Notes: generated by a model not told the origin, from the letters alone. Numbered from the stretch's first letter, positions 1 through 10,242 are shown. The stretch: DNA of 64,000 nucleotides from Candidatus Bathyarchaeia archaeon (GCA_049516875.1 JBEKSS010000007.1:160001-224000); one strand, 5' to 3'. Numbers and translations are program-made.

Positions 1-58
1 CCATTTTGCTTTTAAATGTTTCCAGAGGATTCTATATTCCTGAGAAGAAGGGCACGCT

Positions 59-955
59 TTGAGTAAACGCTTGAGAAACGCTCTTTCAGAAACTCTTCCT
101 CCACAAAGCTTGGCTCATGTTTACAACTCGTATGACATTGTGGGTGACATAGCAATCATTCGTTTGACAGAAGCCTCTGAAGAATGCTGTCTAGAAATTG
201 CAGATGCGGTTATGAAAGTTCATAAGAACGTCAAAACAGTGCTGGCTCAAACCAGTCCTGTTCATGGTGACTTCAGGCTGAGGAGATTCAAATTTGTTGC
301 GGGTGAAAATGGAACGGTTACTACTCACAGAGAGCGGGGATGCCTATTCCTAGTTGACGTTGAGAAGGTCTATTTTTCACCCAGGCTTTCCCACGAGAGA
401 ATGCGAATTGCGAAACAGGTCGGAAACGGTGAAGTTGTACTGAACATGTTCGCTGGAGCTGGCTGCTTTTCCATACTTATTGCCAAGTACTCGAAGGCTG
501 AAAAAGTGTATTCTATCGATGTTAATCCCTCGGCAGTTAGGTACATGCAGGAGAACATCAGACTGAACGGAGTGTACGGAAGAGTGTCCTCTATGCTTGG
601 CGATGCTCAAGAAATTGTTGAAAGAAATCTGCGTCGCATTGCGGACAGGGTTCTCATGCCTCTGCCTGAGAAAGCCTTTGAATACTTGCCTCATGCTTTG
701 TCGGCGCTCAAAAAGGCTGGAGGATGGGTTCATTATTACGATTTTGAATATGGCAAGAAAAAAGAGGATGCCATTGAGAGAGTCAGGTTGAGAGTTTCCG
801 AGAGGTTTCAAAGCTTAGGTGCAGCCTTTCAGATTCGATTCGGCCGCGTTGTCAGAGCGACAGGTCCAAACTGGTACCAAGTAGTCTTGGACATCGAAGT
901 TTCTGAACCACGCACGGCAAACAATAAGTGTGGTTTTAATGAAAGAGTTTTATAG
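59..955 (+). CDS. Trm5/Taw2 (Met-10+) family SAM-dependent tRNA methyltransferase
   Basis: YDIVGDIAII, YFSPRLSHER, NMFAGAG motif I, DVNP and MPLP motifs. Confidence 0.85.
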   Translation: MSKRLRNALSETLPPQSLAHVYNSYDIVGDIAIIRLTEASEECCLEIADAVMKVHKNVKTVLAQTSPVHGDFRLRRFKFVAGENGTVTTHRERGCLFLVDVEKVYFSPRLSHERMRIAKQVGNGEVVLNMFAGAGCFSILIAKYSKAEKVYSIDVNPSAVRYMQENIRLNGVYGRVSSMLGDAQEIVERNLRRIADRVLMPLPEKAFEYLPHALSALKKAGGWVHYYDFEYGKKKEDAIERVRLRVSERFQSLGAAFQIRFGRVVRATGPNWYQVVLDIEVSEPRTANNKCGFNERVL

Positions 956-1000
956 TTTCGAAACAAAAGGAAATTGGAGGAATGACTTATCAAAAAGAAA

Positions 1001-1264
1001 TTGATGGAAATATTAGCGTGTCCTATTGACAAGGAACACCCGTTGGAACTGTTTGTGTTTGAAGAGAAAGAGGAAATTGTGGAAGGGCTGATTGTCTGTC
1101 CGAAATGTTCAAGGTGGTACCCGATACGTGACGAGATTCCTGAAATGCTACCGGACGAGATGCGAAGCGAAAAGGAGGATTTGCCATTTCTGAAGAAGTG
1201 GAAGGCTAAAACTCCGGAGAAGATTCTGCGAGAGGGCAAGCCGTTCAATCTTGGGAAGCGTTGA
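1001..1264 (+). CDS. Trm112-family methyltransferase activator
   Basis: EILACPIDK...CPKC..WYPI.D.IP.ML signature; next to a methyltransferase. Confidence 0.85.
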   Translation: MMEILACPIDKEHPLELFVFEEKEEIVEGLIVCPKCSRWYPIRDEIPEMLPDEMRSEKEDLPFLKKWKAKTPEKILREGKPFNLGKR

Positions 1265-1277
1265 AAGTTTGAAGTGT

Positions 1278-2225
1278 CTACTTCAGCCTGACTATCTTGT
1301 CGGTTGATGAAGATTTTATCGCTGACTCAGCTATTCTAAGGGCTTTCAAGCCATCGAGGCCCGTTATCAGCGGTTTCTCTTTTTTCAGAATGCAATTCGC
1401 AAAGTGTTGAAGCTCGAGTTTCAAGGGTTCTTGAATTTGATACCTCGGTTGCACAGTTTCCTTTGCATCTTCAACCGTTAACTCTTGGGTTATGTAGTCA
1501 AGCTTCATTATTGCTTCGCTACCCGTGGCTATTAGAATTCGAGTCTTGTAGGGTGTCAGCCAGTTGGATTCAATGAACGCACTTTTTCCTCCTTCAAAGG
1601 TGAGCATTATTTGAGCGTAGTCTTCAAATTTCTTATATCTCATGCTTCCAGTCTTTGCGTAAACAGCAATCGGGTCTTCGTCGAAGAGGTATAGCATTAC
1701 ATCTATGTCATGAATCGCCGTGTCCTTGACCACGCCCACATCGCCTATTCTCTCAGGCCATTGAGAAACTCTCTTGGCCGTGGCGCATACTAGTTCTCCG
1801 ATTGTCTCATTCTCAACAGCCTTTTTCATCTGCTGTAATCCTGGAATGAACCGCATCAAGAAACCGACGGTTAGGTGTACGCCCATTTTTTTAGCTGTGT
1901 CAAGGAGTTTTTCTGCCTGTTTCGTGTTTGCAGCCATTGGTTTCTCAACGAGGACGTGTTTCCCATTCTCTGCAGCTTTGGTAGCTTCTTTTGCGAGGCT
2001 AGTTGACCATGTGCAAACGCTTACTGCTTCGATGTCCTCGCTCCTGAACATTTTTCCTACGCTAGTGTAAGGTGTCACACCGAACTGCTTAGCCACGTTG
2101 CCGGCTCTTTCAGCATCTATATCGCATATAGCTACAAGTTCGGTTTCCGCCAGTTCTTTGTATACCCTCGCGTGGTTCTTCCCCCAGAAACCTGTTCCTA
2201 TGACCGCAGTCCTCACTTTCCTCAT
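1278..2225 (-). CDS. Gfo/Idh/MocA oxidoreductase (probable UDP-sugar 3-dehydrogenase)
   Basis: GTGFWG Rossmann motif, HVLVEKP, DTAIHDID. Confidence 0.85.
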   Translation of the reverse strand: MRKVRTAVIGTGFWGKNHARVYKELAETELVAICDIDAERAGNVAKQFGVTPYTSVGKMFRSEDIEAVSVCTWSTSLAKEATKAAENGKHVLVEKPMAANTKQAEKLLDTAKKMGVHLTVGFLMRFIPGLQQMKKAVENETIGELVCATAKRVSQWPERIGDVGVVKDTAIHDIDVMLYLFDEDPIAVYAKTGSMRYKKFEDYAQIMLTFEGGKSAFIESNWLTPYKTRILIATGSEAIMKLDYITQELTVEDAKETVQPRYQIQEPLKLELQHFANCILKKEKPLITGLDGLKALRIAESAIKSSSTDKIVRLK

Positions 2226-3601
2226 TTAGTCCAAACTCCTCTTCCTAACCCTCGATATACAAAACCTTCCTTTTCAATTTTGCTTGGCTCCGCTACGCCT
2301 TCAAGGTCAACGATGGCGGCTGGCATTTTCATCGTGAGTCTCATTTTCCTGAGATTCATGCGTTTGAACTGGTCGTGTGCTGTGAGGATTATCATGCAGT
2401 CTGCGCGCTCCATGGCTCCGGTTATGTTTTTTTTGAAGTGGTATGGAGTGTCAGCAATTTCGTTCTCCGAAATGTATGGGTCGTAGAGGCTTATTTTGGC
2501 GCCTCTTGCTTCCAGAGCTTCGACAACCTTTTTCGCTGTTTTCTTGAGGGGACTCTGAGCATTTGGTGTTTGTGAAGCTCCAAGCAGCACAATTCTTGCT
2601 CTTTTCAGTGTTTTTCCGCAGCTCCTAAGTGCATCCTTGACCAGATTGACCACATGTTTAACAGTCTCTTCATTCGCTTCTCTTGCTGCCGTTGCAACTC
2701 GAGGCTTCAGGTTGAAGTTCTCCGCATCCTCCAACAGAAGATATGGTTCATCACTGACGCTGTCGTCTGCAAGTGTGGGTATCGGAGGCAGACTGTCAGT
2801 GCCGGTCCCAATGACTCTTTGGGCTTCAATGTAGTCCACGCCAACTTTTTCGCAAAGAAGAGCAGCTTCGTTTGCGAGGGCGAGGTTAACATCTCGTTGT
2901 AAGACTTCGAGGAGCGCGGCCACTTCTGCCGCTTTCATGTTGGCTGTTTCTCTAACGCCTTTTTTGGCGACTGTTTCTAAAATGATTGATGCAGCCCTCA
3001 GGCTGTCCTTGTCGGTTGCTGCAATGATTCGCTGATGGTTAGCTACTTCCTCTAACGTCTGGGTGTGCAGGGTTTGAATTGGACCGTAGGCCAGCCCGAA
3101 GTCCGTGCCAGCCTTGAGCCCCGATGTGTTTTCTAAGGTTTCTTTTATCAGGCCTTCTGTGATGCCAATTCCGGTCAGGCTCGTGACTATTACGAGGGAT
3201 CCTCGTTGAAGACTTGAGCCTATTTTCTTGCATGCGTTTTCTAGGTCTGAGTACTCGGCCTTTTTCTTCGAGCTGATTTTGACTGGGGTTGTGATTGCGA
3301 TGATGTCGCTGTGGGAAATTGCTTCCTTGATCTCGTTTGTTGCGCTCAAACGTCCTGTTTTTGTATGGCTTTTCAATTTAGCCCCTGCTTCGACTTTCAG
3401 AAAAGGAACTTTTCCCTTTGCAATGTGGCTGACCGTTGTCTGGTCGGCATCCACGCATGTGACTTTGAATCCCGCGTCTGCAAATAGAATGGCTTGCAGA
3501 ATGCCGGTTTGTCCACATCCGACGATGCTTACGGCGTGTTTCTCCCGCTTTTCCAAGGTATCCATTTCTTCTGGTTTTGCTTGCATTATCGGCGAGGACA
3601 T
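2222..3601 (-). CDS. UDP-glucose/GDP-mannose dehydrogenase-family protein with degenerate active site
   Basis: Full three-domain layout (GCGQTG, RDVNLALANE, YDP, TAHDQF, YRGLGRG), but catalytic Lys/Asn and GGHC Cys are absent. Confidence 0.75.
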   Translation of the reverse strand: MSSPIMQAKPEEMDTLEKREKHAVSIVGCGQTGILQAILFADAGFKVTCVDADQTTVSHIAKGKVPFLKVEAGAKLKSHTKTGRLSATNEIKEAISHSDIIAITTPVKISSKKKAEYSDLENACKKIGSSLQRGSLVIVTSLTGIGITEGLIKETLENTSGLKAGTDFGLAYGPIQTLHTQTLEEVANHQRIIAATDKDSLRAASIILETVAKKGVRETANMKAAEVAALLEVLQRDVNLALANEAALLCEKVGVDYIEAQRVIGTGTDSLPPIPTLADDSVSDEPYLLLEDAENFNLKPRVATAAREANEETVKHVVNLVKDALRSCGKTLKRARIVLLGASQTPNAQSPLKKTAKKVVEALEARGAKISLYDPYISENEIADTPYHFKKNITGAMERADCMIILTAHDQFKRMNLRKMRLTMKMPAAIVDLEGVAEPSKIEKEGFVYRGLGRGVWTK

Positions 3602-3634
3602 AGGGCAGTTCTCCGTGGCTTCTAAGGCTGTTGT

Positions 3635-5008
3635 TTAGCTTACGTTTTTGATGATCGCTTTGAGTTTCGAACTGTATTCTCTTATTAGCTGTCTGGTTTT
3701 TTGGCTGGTTTTGGCTTCTGCGTATAGCCTGTAGATTGGTTCGGTGCCGCTTGGTCTTATTAGGATGCTGCTCTTGTCTTTGAACCAGATTTTCACGCCG
3801 TCAAGGGTGTTGGTTTTTAGCCCTTTGGTTTGCTCGATTAGCTTTTGAAGGACTTTTTGTTTAAGTTCTTCTCTGCATTCGATTTTTGCTTTTTCAATGA
3901 AGTATTCGGGCAGTTCGTCTATTAGTGTTGAGAGTTTTTTGCCTGTTCTGGCCATGATGTTTAGGATTAGGGCGGTTGTCATTGCGCCATCTCTGACTGA
4001 TTGGTGAGGTCCGTAGAAGATTCCACCATTTTCTTCGCCGCCAAGCTTGGCTTTCAGTTCTTTCATGGTTTGAGCAACTGTTACGCTTCCAATTTTGGTC
4101 CACACAATTTCTCCTTTGTACTCGTCGGCTACGTCTTTAATTATGGTTGAGGAGCTCAGGGGCGTGACAATCTTTTCGTCTGGATTGTCCGTCAGAAAAT
4201 ATTTCGCGACTAGGGCGAATGTCTGGTCTCCCATGATGATCTTACCTTTCTCGTCGACGAAAATAGAGCGGTCAGCGTCGCCGTCATAGGCCACGCCCAA
4301 GTCTGCACCCACGGTCTTCACTGTGGTTGCCAAGTCCCCCAAGTTTTCCGGCCGTGGTTCAGGGGGTCTGCCTGAGAATGTTCCATCTATGTTTGCGTTT
4401 ATCGTGGTGACTTTGCATCCTAATTCTCTTGCGAGGCGCGGTCCGGCTAAACTGCCTACGCTGTTTGCTCCGTCGATTAATATGTGGTAGTGTTTCCGGG
4501 TTATTGCCGTCACGTTCACGTGTTTTTTTATAGCGTCGATGTATTCGTCGATTATTCCTGACAGTTCGCGTGTCGTTCCTATCGCGTTCCACCCGGCGAA
4601 GCTCACTTTTTCGGAGAAGTAGATGTTTTCAATTTCGATTTCATGTTCATGAGATATTTCTATTCCATCGTTCCATATCACTTTTATTCCATTGTATTCT
4701 GGCGGGTTGTGTGACGCTGTAACTATGACTCCGCCGTCGAGCTTGTGGCGTTTCACTGCGTATTGCAGTGCCGGTGTTGGCGCCATCCCTGCGAGGAGCA
4801 CGCTGCATCCTGTCGAGTTCAAGCCGGCTATGACGGCTTTCGCGAGCATTGGCCCGCTTGTTCTTGCGTCGTAGCCGACTACGAGTTCTCCTCGTCTAAA
4901 AAAAGTGCCTATTGCATTGCCAACTTTGATAGCCATTTCAGGGGTTAGTTCCTTGTTGGCAAGACCGCGGATGCCGTTGGTACCGAATAAATGTTTTGAG
5001 CTTAACAT
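3635..5008 (-). CDS. glmM: Phosphoglucosamine mutase / phosphohexomutase
   Basis: FGTNGIRG, TASHNP, DGDADR, GGEENGG, RPSGTEP. Confidence 0.85.
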   Translation of the reverse strand: MLSSKHLFGTNGIRGLANKELTPEMAIKVGNAIGTFFRRGELVVGYDARTSGPMLAKAVIAGLNSTGCSVLLAGMAPTPALQYAVKRHKLDGGVIVTASHNPPEYNGIKVIWNDGIEISHEHEIEIENIYFSEKVSFAGWNAIGTTRELSGIIDEYIDAIKKHVNVTAITRKHYHILIDGANSVGSLAGPRLARELGCKVTTINANIDGTFSGRPPEPRPENLGDLATTVKTVGADLGVAYDGDADRSIFVDEKGKIIMGDQTFALVAKYFLTDNPDEKIVTPLSSSTIIKDVADEYKGEIVWTKIGSVTVAQTMKELKAKLGGEENGGIFYGPHQSVRDGAMTTALILNIMARTGKKLSTLIDELPEYFIEKAKIECREELKQKVLQKLIEQTKGLKTNTLDGVKIWFKDKSSILIRPSGTEPIYRLYAEAKTSQKTRQLIREYSSKLKAIIKNVS

Positions 5009-5029
5009 GCCGGGACAGGCCTCTTTCTA

Positions 5030-6124
5030 TCAAATGTGGTTAGGCGTTAATACACTTTTGGAGACTTCGTTTGCTGGGCAGACTGATATTCCCTCGGCGA
5101 GCGACACGTTGTCTTTTATTTTCGCGTGGTCACCGATTATGCAACCTTTTCCGATTTTGACTCTTTCTCCGATCGTCACGCCTTCGCCGATTATTGCGCC
5201 GCGTATTGAGGAAAAATCCGATACGACCGTTCCGGCGAAGATGATCGAATCCTGTATGTGCACGCTTTTGCCTATGATAACATCTTTGCCTACAACTGCG
5301 TAGGGTCCTAACACAGATTTTTCTCCTACACGGACATTTCTGTCGATGGCCACGGGCTTCCTGACTTCCACGTTCTTGCCAAGTTTGCTTTTCTGTTGGT
5401 CTGGGACGGAGGTGAGCATTTTTCGATTGATTTCTAAGTAATCTTCAGGTTTGCCGATGTCCATCCATAATCCGTTGAAGACATTTCCGTAGAGCGTGCC
5501 TTCTTCTGCAAGTTTTGGAAAGACTTCGTGTTCAATGGAGACTGCACGTCCTCCTGGAATGTGGTTGAAGATTTCTGGACTGAAAACGTACACTCCCGCG
5601 TTTATGAGGTTCGTTGTGGCGGTTCCAAGCTGAGGCTTTTCAACAAACCTTATTATGCGGTTGTCTTCGGCTAATTCAGCAACCCCGTATCTGCTCGGAT
5701 TCTCCACACTGCGAACAGCGATTGTTGCCACCGCCTTTTTTTCTTGGTGGGCCTGCAAGAGTCTAGCGTAGTCGACATCCGCAAATATGTCTCCGTTCAA
5801 AACTATGAACGGTCCATCGTGTCCGATTCGCTTTTCAGCCTTTTTTATTGAGCCACCAGTTCCCAAAGGCTTTCTCAAAGGGTCGTGTGAATAGGTAACG
5901 TGCACTCCGGATCTTGGGACTCGGTGATGTTTTATGTAGACCTCGGTCTGGTAAAAGACGGCCATTGTGACGTCGTGTATGTTGTTGCGTGCAAGTCTTT
6001 CAAAGGTCCACTGCAACAGAGGTTTGTTGGCTATCGGAAAGAGTATTTTGGGTCTCGAGCAGCTTAGTGGTCTCAGCCTTGTGCCGAAGCCTCCGGCTAG
6101 AATCACTGCTTTCAGAGTTTTCAC
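5030..6124 (-). CDS. Sugar-1-phosphate nucleotidyltransferase with hexapeptide-repeat C-terminus
   Basis: ILAGGFGTRLRPL, NGD, FVEKP, WMDIG; GTG start chosen at 6124. Confidence 0.85.
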   Translation of the reverse strand: MKTLKAVILAGGFGTRLRPLSCSRPKILFPIANKPLLQWTFERLARNNIHDVTMAVFYQTEVYIKHHRVPRSGVHVTYSHDPLRKPLGTGGSIKKAEKRIGHDGPFIVLNGDIFADVDYARLLQAHQEKKAVATIAVRSVENPSRYGVAELAEDNRIIRFVEKPQLGTATTNLINAGVYVFSPEIFNHIPGGRAVSIEHEVFPKLAEEGTLYGNVFNGLWMDIGKPEDYLEINRKMLTSVPDQQKSKLGKNVEVRKPVAIDRNVRVGEKSVLGPYAVVGKDVIIGKSVHIQDSIIFAGTVVSDFSSIRGAIIGEGVTIGERVKIGKGCIIGDHAKIKDNVSLAEGISVCPANEVSKSVLTPNHI

Positions 6125-6190
6125 CGCCTTGGACTGTAGCTTTATATTCAATCTGCTTGCAATAAAACAGTTTGGTGAAGGTGGCAAATC

Positions 6191-6949
6191 TTGAAGGTTT
6201 TGCTTCATGAAATGAGCTGGTCTGAAGCTAAAGAGTACTTCACAAACAATGACACCGTGATTCTTCCGGTCGGTTCAAACGAGCAGCACGGGCCAGCGAA
6301 CCCGTTGGGAACAGACCATCTGATTGCCAAGAGTTTAGCTGAAGAAGTTGCCAAGCGAACAGGAGTGCTGTGTCTGCAGGTCATCCCGTTTGGCGTGAGT
6401 TCGCATCACAAACAGTTTTGGGGGACCATCTTCATTTCTCCGAAGACTTTCAAAAAGTACGTGGAAGAAACCTGTTTGTCGCTTAACTATTACGGTGTGC
6501 GAAAGATCTTGGTGGTTAACGGTCATGGAGGTAACTTGGCTGCACTTTCAGAGTTGGCCAGAGAGTTGAGGGAAGAAGGAATTTTCGTGTCCATTTTCCA
6601 ATGGTGGACTGCCACACCGAAGCTTCTTCCTGAGCTTTTCACCGCTGAAGAGAGGAGGCATGCTGGTGCTGAAGAGACATCGGTTAACTTGGCTTTGCAT
6701 CCGAACCTTGTGAACATGGATAAAGTCGTGGATGAGGGGCCTCGCAGACACGCATTGCAGATGGAGGGCATGACTCTGCCATTGAGTACGATGGACGAAA
6801 CGAGTTCAGGGGTGTATGGAAAGCAGTCAACCGCCTCTGCTGAAAAGGGAAGGAAAGTTGTCGAGGCAGTTGTGAATGAGCTTGTAAAACATGTTAATCT
6901 GCTCAAGAAGGCAAAGATGGCGGATTTGATGCAGAAGCCGAAGGTCTAG
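6191..6949 (+). CDS. Creatininase/creatinine amidohydrolase family protein
   Basis: PVGS.EQHG, GTD, NGHGGN, HAG..ETS. Confidence 0.85.
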   Translation: MKVLLHEMSWSEAKEYFTNNDTVILPVGSNEQHGPANPLGTDHLIAKSLAEEVAKRTGVLCLQVIPFGVSSHHKQFWGTIFISPKTFKKYVEETCLSLNYYGVRKILVVNGHGGNLAALSELARELREEGIFVSIFQWWTATPKLLPELFTAEERRHAGAEETSVNLALHPNLVNMDKVVDEGPRRHALQMEGMTLPLSTMDETSSGVYGKQSTASAEKGRKVVEAVVNELVKHVNLLKKAKMADLMQKPKV

Positions 6950-7137
6950 CTGCTGGTCTTCGGTTTTCTGTTCAAGCCGTCGGTTACGCGCACAGGTGTT
7001 TCTGTGTTTCCCACGGAGTTACTTCGGTCTAGTCGGTTGGCCTGTTCGGCTGGTATTTCTCTGTCTTTCAGGTAGCCGAGCATGTCTGCAAAGCGCAGAA
7101 GGATGAAGTTGGCGTTCTTCGTCAGTCTAAGCAGGTG
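6946..7137 (-). pseudogene. Remnant of a glutamine synthetase-like N-terminus
   Basis: Open frame after an in-frame TGA translates ANFILLRFADMLGYLKDREIPAEQA, resembling the GS beta-grasp start (FIRLQFTDILG.LK.VEIP); similarity then stops. Confidence 0.5.
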
Positions 7138-7312
7138 TCATAGTTTAGGATTGTTTCAAGCTTACCGTGTGCCACGTTGTTGCCTGCAGTGTGCAAATTG
7201 ATAACATAATGAAGTTTTCGTGTATATATATGAACTCCATTGCCGCGTTGAAAGGCAAATGCTAAATAAAAGATGTGAATGTTGGATGGATGTGCAATGA
7301 GGGTGTTAGGGC

Positions 7313-7756
7313 ATGCGTCTGGACGAGACAGATACCAAAATCTTGAAAGCGCTAACTGCGGACGCTAGGCTTTCTTCAAGGCAAATTGCCAAGCAGTGCG
7401 ACATTTCAATCGGCACGGTGCTGTCAAGGATAAAGAAGATGGAGAGTGAAGGCATAATAAATGGCTACACGGCGTTGCTGGATCAGGAGAAGCTCGGTTA
7501 TGAATTGACAGTTGTGACCGAAATAACAGTTTCAAAAGGAAGGCTCCTAGAAATGGAGAGTGAGATTGCTCGGATCCCCAACGTCTGCTGTGTATACGAT
7601 CTAACAGGTTTGGCGGACGCTGCGATAATCGCGAAATTCAAAAACCGAGAGGATCTGAGCAAATTCACAAAACATCTTCTATCACTAGCCTATGTGGAAC
7701 GCACAAACACACATGTGGTGTTGACAACCATAAAAGAGGATTTTCGAATAATCTAG
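7313..7756 (+). CDS. Lrp/AsnC transcriptional regulator
   Basis: LDETD.KIL..L..DAR HTH plus RAM domain (YDLTG..D, RTNT.VVL). Confidence 0.9.
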   Translation: MRLDETDTKILKALTADARLSSRQIAKQCDISIGTVLSRIKKMESEGIINGYTALLDQEKLGYELTVVTEITVSKGRLLEMESEIARIPNVCCVYDLTGLADAAIIAKFKNREDLSKFTKHLLSLAYVERTNTHVVLTTIKEDFRII

Positions 7757-7857
7757 ACGGCATCGTCAACTACCCCGTTTTTCTCCTCGGCTTGACGAGG
7801 AATAGATAAGATTTAATTTAGGCCATAAATTAGAAGATAGAACGATTGGCTTTCAGA

Positions 7858-7945
7858 GCGGGGGTTGCCAAGCTTGGCCAAAGGCGTAGGCCTGAGGCGC
7901 CTATCCCGTAGGGGTTCGTGGGTTCAAATCCCACCCCCCGCACCA
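7858..7945 (+). tRNA. tRNA-Leu(GAG), encoded CCA, no intron
   Basis: Acceptor GCGGGGG/CCCCCGC-A-CCA, anticodon arm TAGGC-CTGAGGC-GCCTA, long variable arm, GGTTCAAATCC T-arm. Confidence 0.95.
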
Positions 7946-8340
7946 CAATTTCAGGCATGATTCGAGCTTATTTCGGCAAAAAGAACCCAATTTAGGATGT
8001 TAGGAGAGGGGGTTGAAAATTGAACACACGTTTACCGGTAAAAGTGCTTGGCATCCGTAGCCGAGGATAGCTTCAAAACTCGTTCAAACTTTTTTTTGTT
8101 GAACACTATCGTTTTGCACCAAATTGCTAGTTAAATTACTCATAAATTTGCATGTTTTACTAGCATTCTGCCTAGTCACCCGAGAGCTCAGCATTTTTTT
8201 GCAGTCATGTCATGTAGCGCGCTATGTGTCACTTCAAACCGCATAAGGTGGACGGTTCACCAGTTTGTTTTCTTCCAACCGTACTTCTTCTAGGTGCGTG
8301 ACTCTTTCAGTTTACTCCTCTGAGTACTCTACTGCGGCGT

Positions 8341-8748
8341 TCAGATATCTCTTTCTTGCGTGCTTCTGTTTTTTATTCTATGCGCGGGGATTTTGCTGTA
8401 GGTTGATGAACACTTCTTTCTCTTTGAGCATTGCCTTGTTGCAGCCCATTTCAGGATCGGGATCACAGCTTCTCTGAGCCCTTCTCCATCTTTCGTCAAC
8501 GAGTACTCAACTCGAGGTGGGATTTCGGCAAATGATTCTCTCTTGAGTAGCCCTTCGTCTTGAAGTTGCTTTAGCGTGTCTGCAAGTGTCTTGGGACTTA
8601 TGCCCTTTAATTCTTCCATGAGTCTGTTGAACCTGAGGTTACCATAATTCCCGATTGCATTGATGATTAAAAGCGCCCATTTCTTGCTTATCACGTCTAT
8701 GATTCCTTCAAGCGGACAAAAACAAACTACGTCATTCTTGTTCTGCAT
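8341..8748 (-). CDS. HxlR/DUF24 winged-helix regulator
   Basis: CPLE...VISKKW, LRFN.L...GISPKTL, EIPPRVEYSLT. Confidence 0.88.
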   Translation of the reverse strand: MQNKNDVVCFCPLEGIIDVISKKWALLIINAIGNYGNLRFNRLMEELKGISPKTLADTLKQLQDEGLLKRESFAEIPPRVEYSLTKDGEGLREAVIPILKWAATRQCSKRKKCSSTYSKIPAHRIKNRSTQERDI

Positions 8749-8849
8749 GCCCGTCACTTTCCTTCCACATAGCAACTATCTCGCTATAAACTTGATAGCA
8801 TAAATACTTTACTTCTGATAGTGTAAGAAAAAGAGAGGTGAGATAACAC

Positions 8850-9050
8850 ATGGACGATGAATGTGGTTGCGGCATGAATCATCGGAGGTATGAGGGTTAC
8901 TGTGGATGTGGTATGCATGGAGAGGGACACGGTTACAGAAGACGGTTTCTAACGAAGGCCGAGAAGATGGAGAAGCTGAAGAGCTATGCAGACGAGCTGA
9001 AGAATGAGCTCAAGGCCGTGGAAGAGAAGATCAAAGAAATGCAGAGTTGA
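8850..9050 (+). CDS. Small Cys/His/Gly-rich protein with coiled-coil tail (DUF5320-like)
   Basis: CGCG twice, RRFLTKAEK..L..Y..EL..EL; GAGGTG RBS. Confidence 0.7.
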   Translation: MDDECGCGMNHRRYEGYCGCGMHGEGHGYRRRFLTKAEKMEKLKSYADELKNELKAVEEKIKEMQS

Positions 9051-9261
9051 AAAACATCCAAGCCTGAAGCTTAGGGTGGCGTTTGATAAACGATTGGGAA
9101 AGTTGGCACAGAATCGGTGGTCTCAAACAATGGGTGAGCAAACATCTTCATTTACCCCCCATTTTTAGGTTGGAAAGTTGGTGGAGTGATCGATCGATCA
9201 TAAGAAGCTTGGAACGCCTGACCATACTAGGTATACAAGAACCACATTAGGACGGAAATCA

Positions 9262-10242
9262 ATGAGTCTTGCCTTAGACGTTCATAATCTGACAAAACAG
9301 TTTGGTCACACCCTTGCAGTGGACAACATCTCATTCACAGTCAATCAAGGCGAAATCTTCGGGTTCCTAGGACCCAACGGCGCAGGCAAGACTACAACGA
9401 TACGAATGCTCACGGGACAGACTAGACCTACCTCGGGCTCGCTCAGAGTCGCTGGCATGGATATGGTTCGAGAGCCAAATAGGGCAAAGGGGTGCATGGG
9501 GGTTGTGCCCGAAGTCTCCAACATCTATGATGAAATGAGCGCTTGGGACAACCTCATTTTTGCAGCTCAGCTCTACGGAGTGCCTAAGAATGAGCGGAAA
9601 AAGAGGGCGAAAGAACTTCTGGAGCTCTTTGGACTTCACGAACGTCTTGCAGATCGTGCAGGCAACTTTTCCAAGGGCATGAAAAGAAGATTGACGATAG
9701 CCGCTGCCCTCATTCATAAACCTAGCATCCTTTTCCTAGACGAACCCACTTCTGGCTTAGACGTCCAAAGCTCGCGGATGATCCGGAACCTGACGAAGGA
9801 CCTCAACAAGGATGGCGCGACCATTTTTCTCACCACACACTACATTGAAGAAGCTGATCAACTGTGCCAACGCGTCGCTATGGTCAATCGAGGAAGAATA
9901 GTTGCTGTTGACAATCCCGAGAAACTGAAGGCGTCTGTGGAGAAACATCAAATCATTGAAGTGTCTTTTGACAAGACGCAGAATCTGGAACGTAAACTAG
10001 CGAGCTTGAAATATTCAAGCAAGGTTACACAGGTTGGCGACAAATTCAGGCTCCATGTGAGGAATACTTCTGAGGTCGTTCCGCTTCTGGTTGATTTTGC
10101 CAGAGAAAACGGCTTGAAGATCGTATCGATCAACACTTTGAATCCAAGTTTGGAGGATGCTTTTGTCGAAATGACAGGGCTCAGCCCCGAGGTCATGGCA
10201 ACTGAAAAAGAACAAGGCAAGAAGGCTGCAAATCTTGGCTAG
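9262..10242 (+). CDS. ABC-2 (DrrA-like) exporter ATP-binding subunit
   Basis: GPNGAGKTT, FSKGM, LDEPT, TTH. Confidence 0.9.
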   Translation: MSLALDVHNLTKQFGHTLAVDNISFTVNQGEIFGFLGPNGAGKTTTIRMLTGQTRPTSGSLRVAGMDMVREPNRAKGCMGVVPEVSNIYDEMSAWDNLIFAAQLYGVPKNERKKRAKELLELFGLHERLADRAGNFSKGMKRRLTIAAALIHKPSILFLDEPTSGLDVQSSRMIRNLTKDLNKDGATIFLTTHYIEEADQLCQRVAMVNRGRIVAVDNPEKLKASVEKHQIIEVSFDKTQNLERKLASLKYSSKVTQVGDKFRLHVRNTSEVVPLLVDFARENGLKIVSINTLNPSLEDAFVEMTGLSPEVMATEKEQGKKAANLG

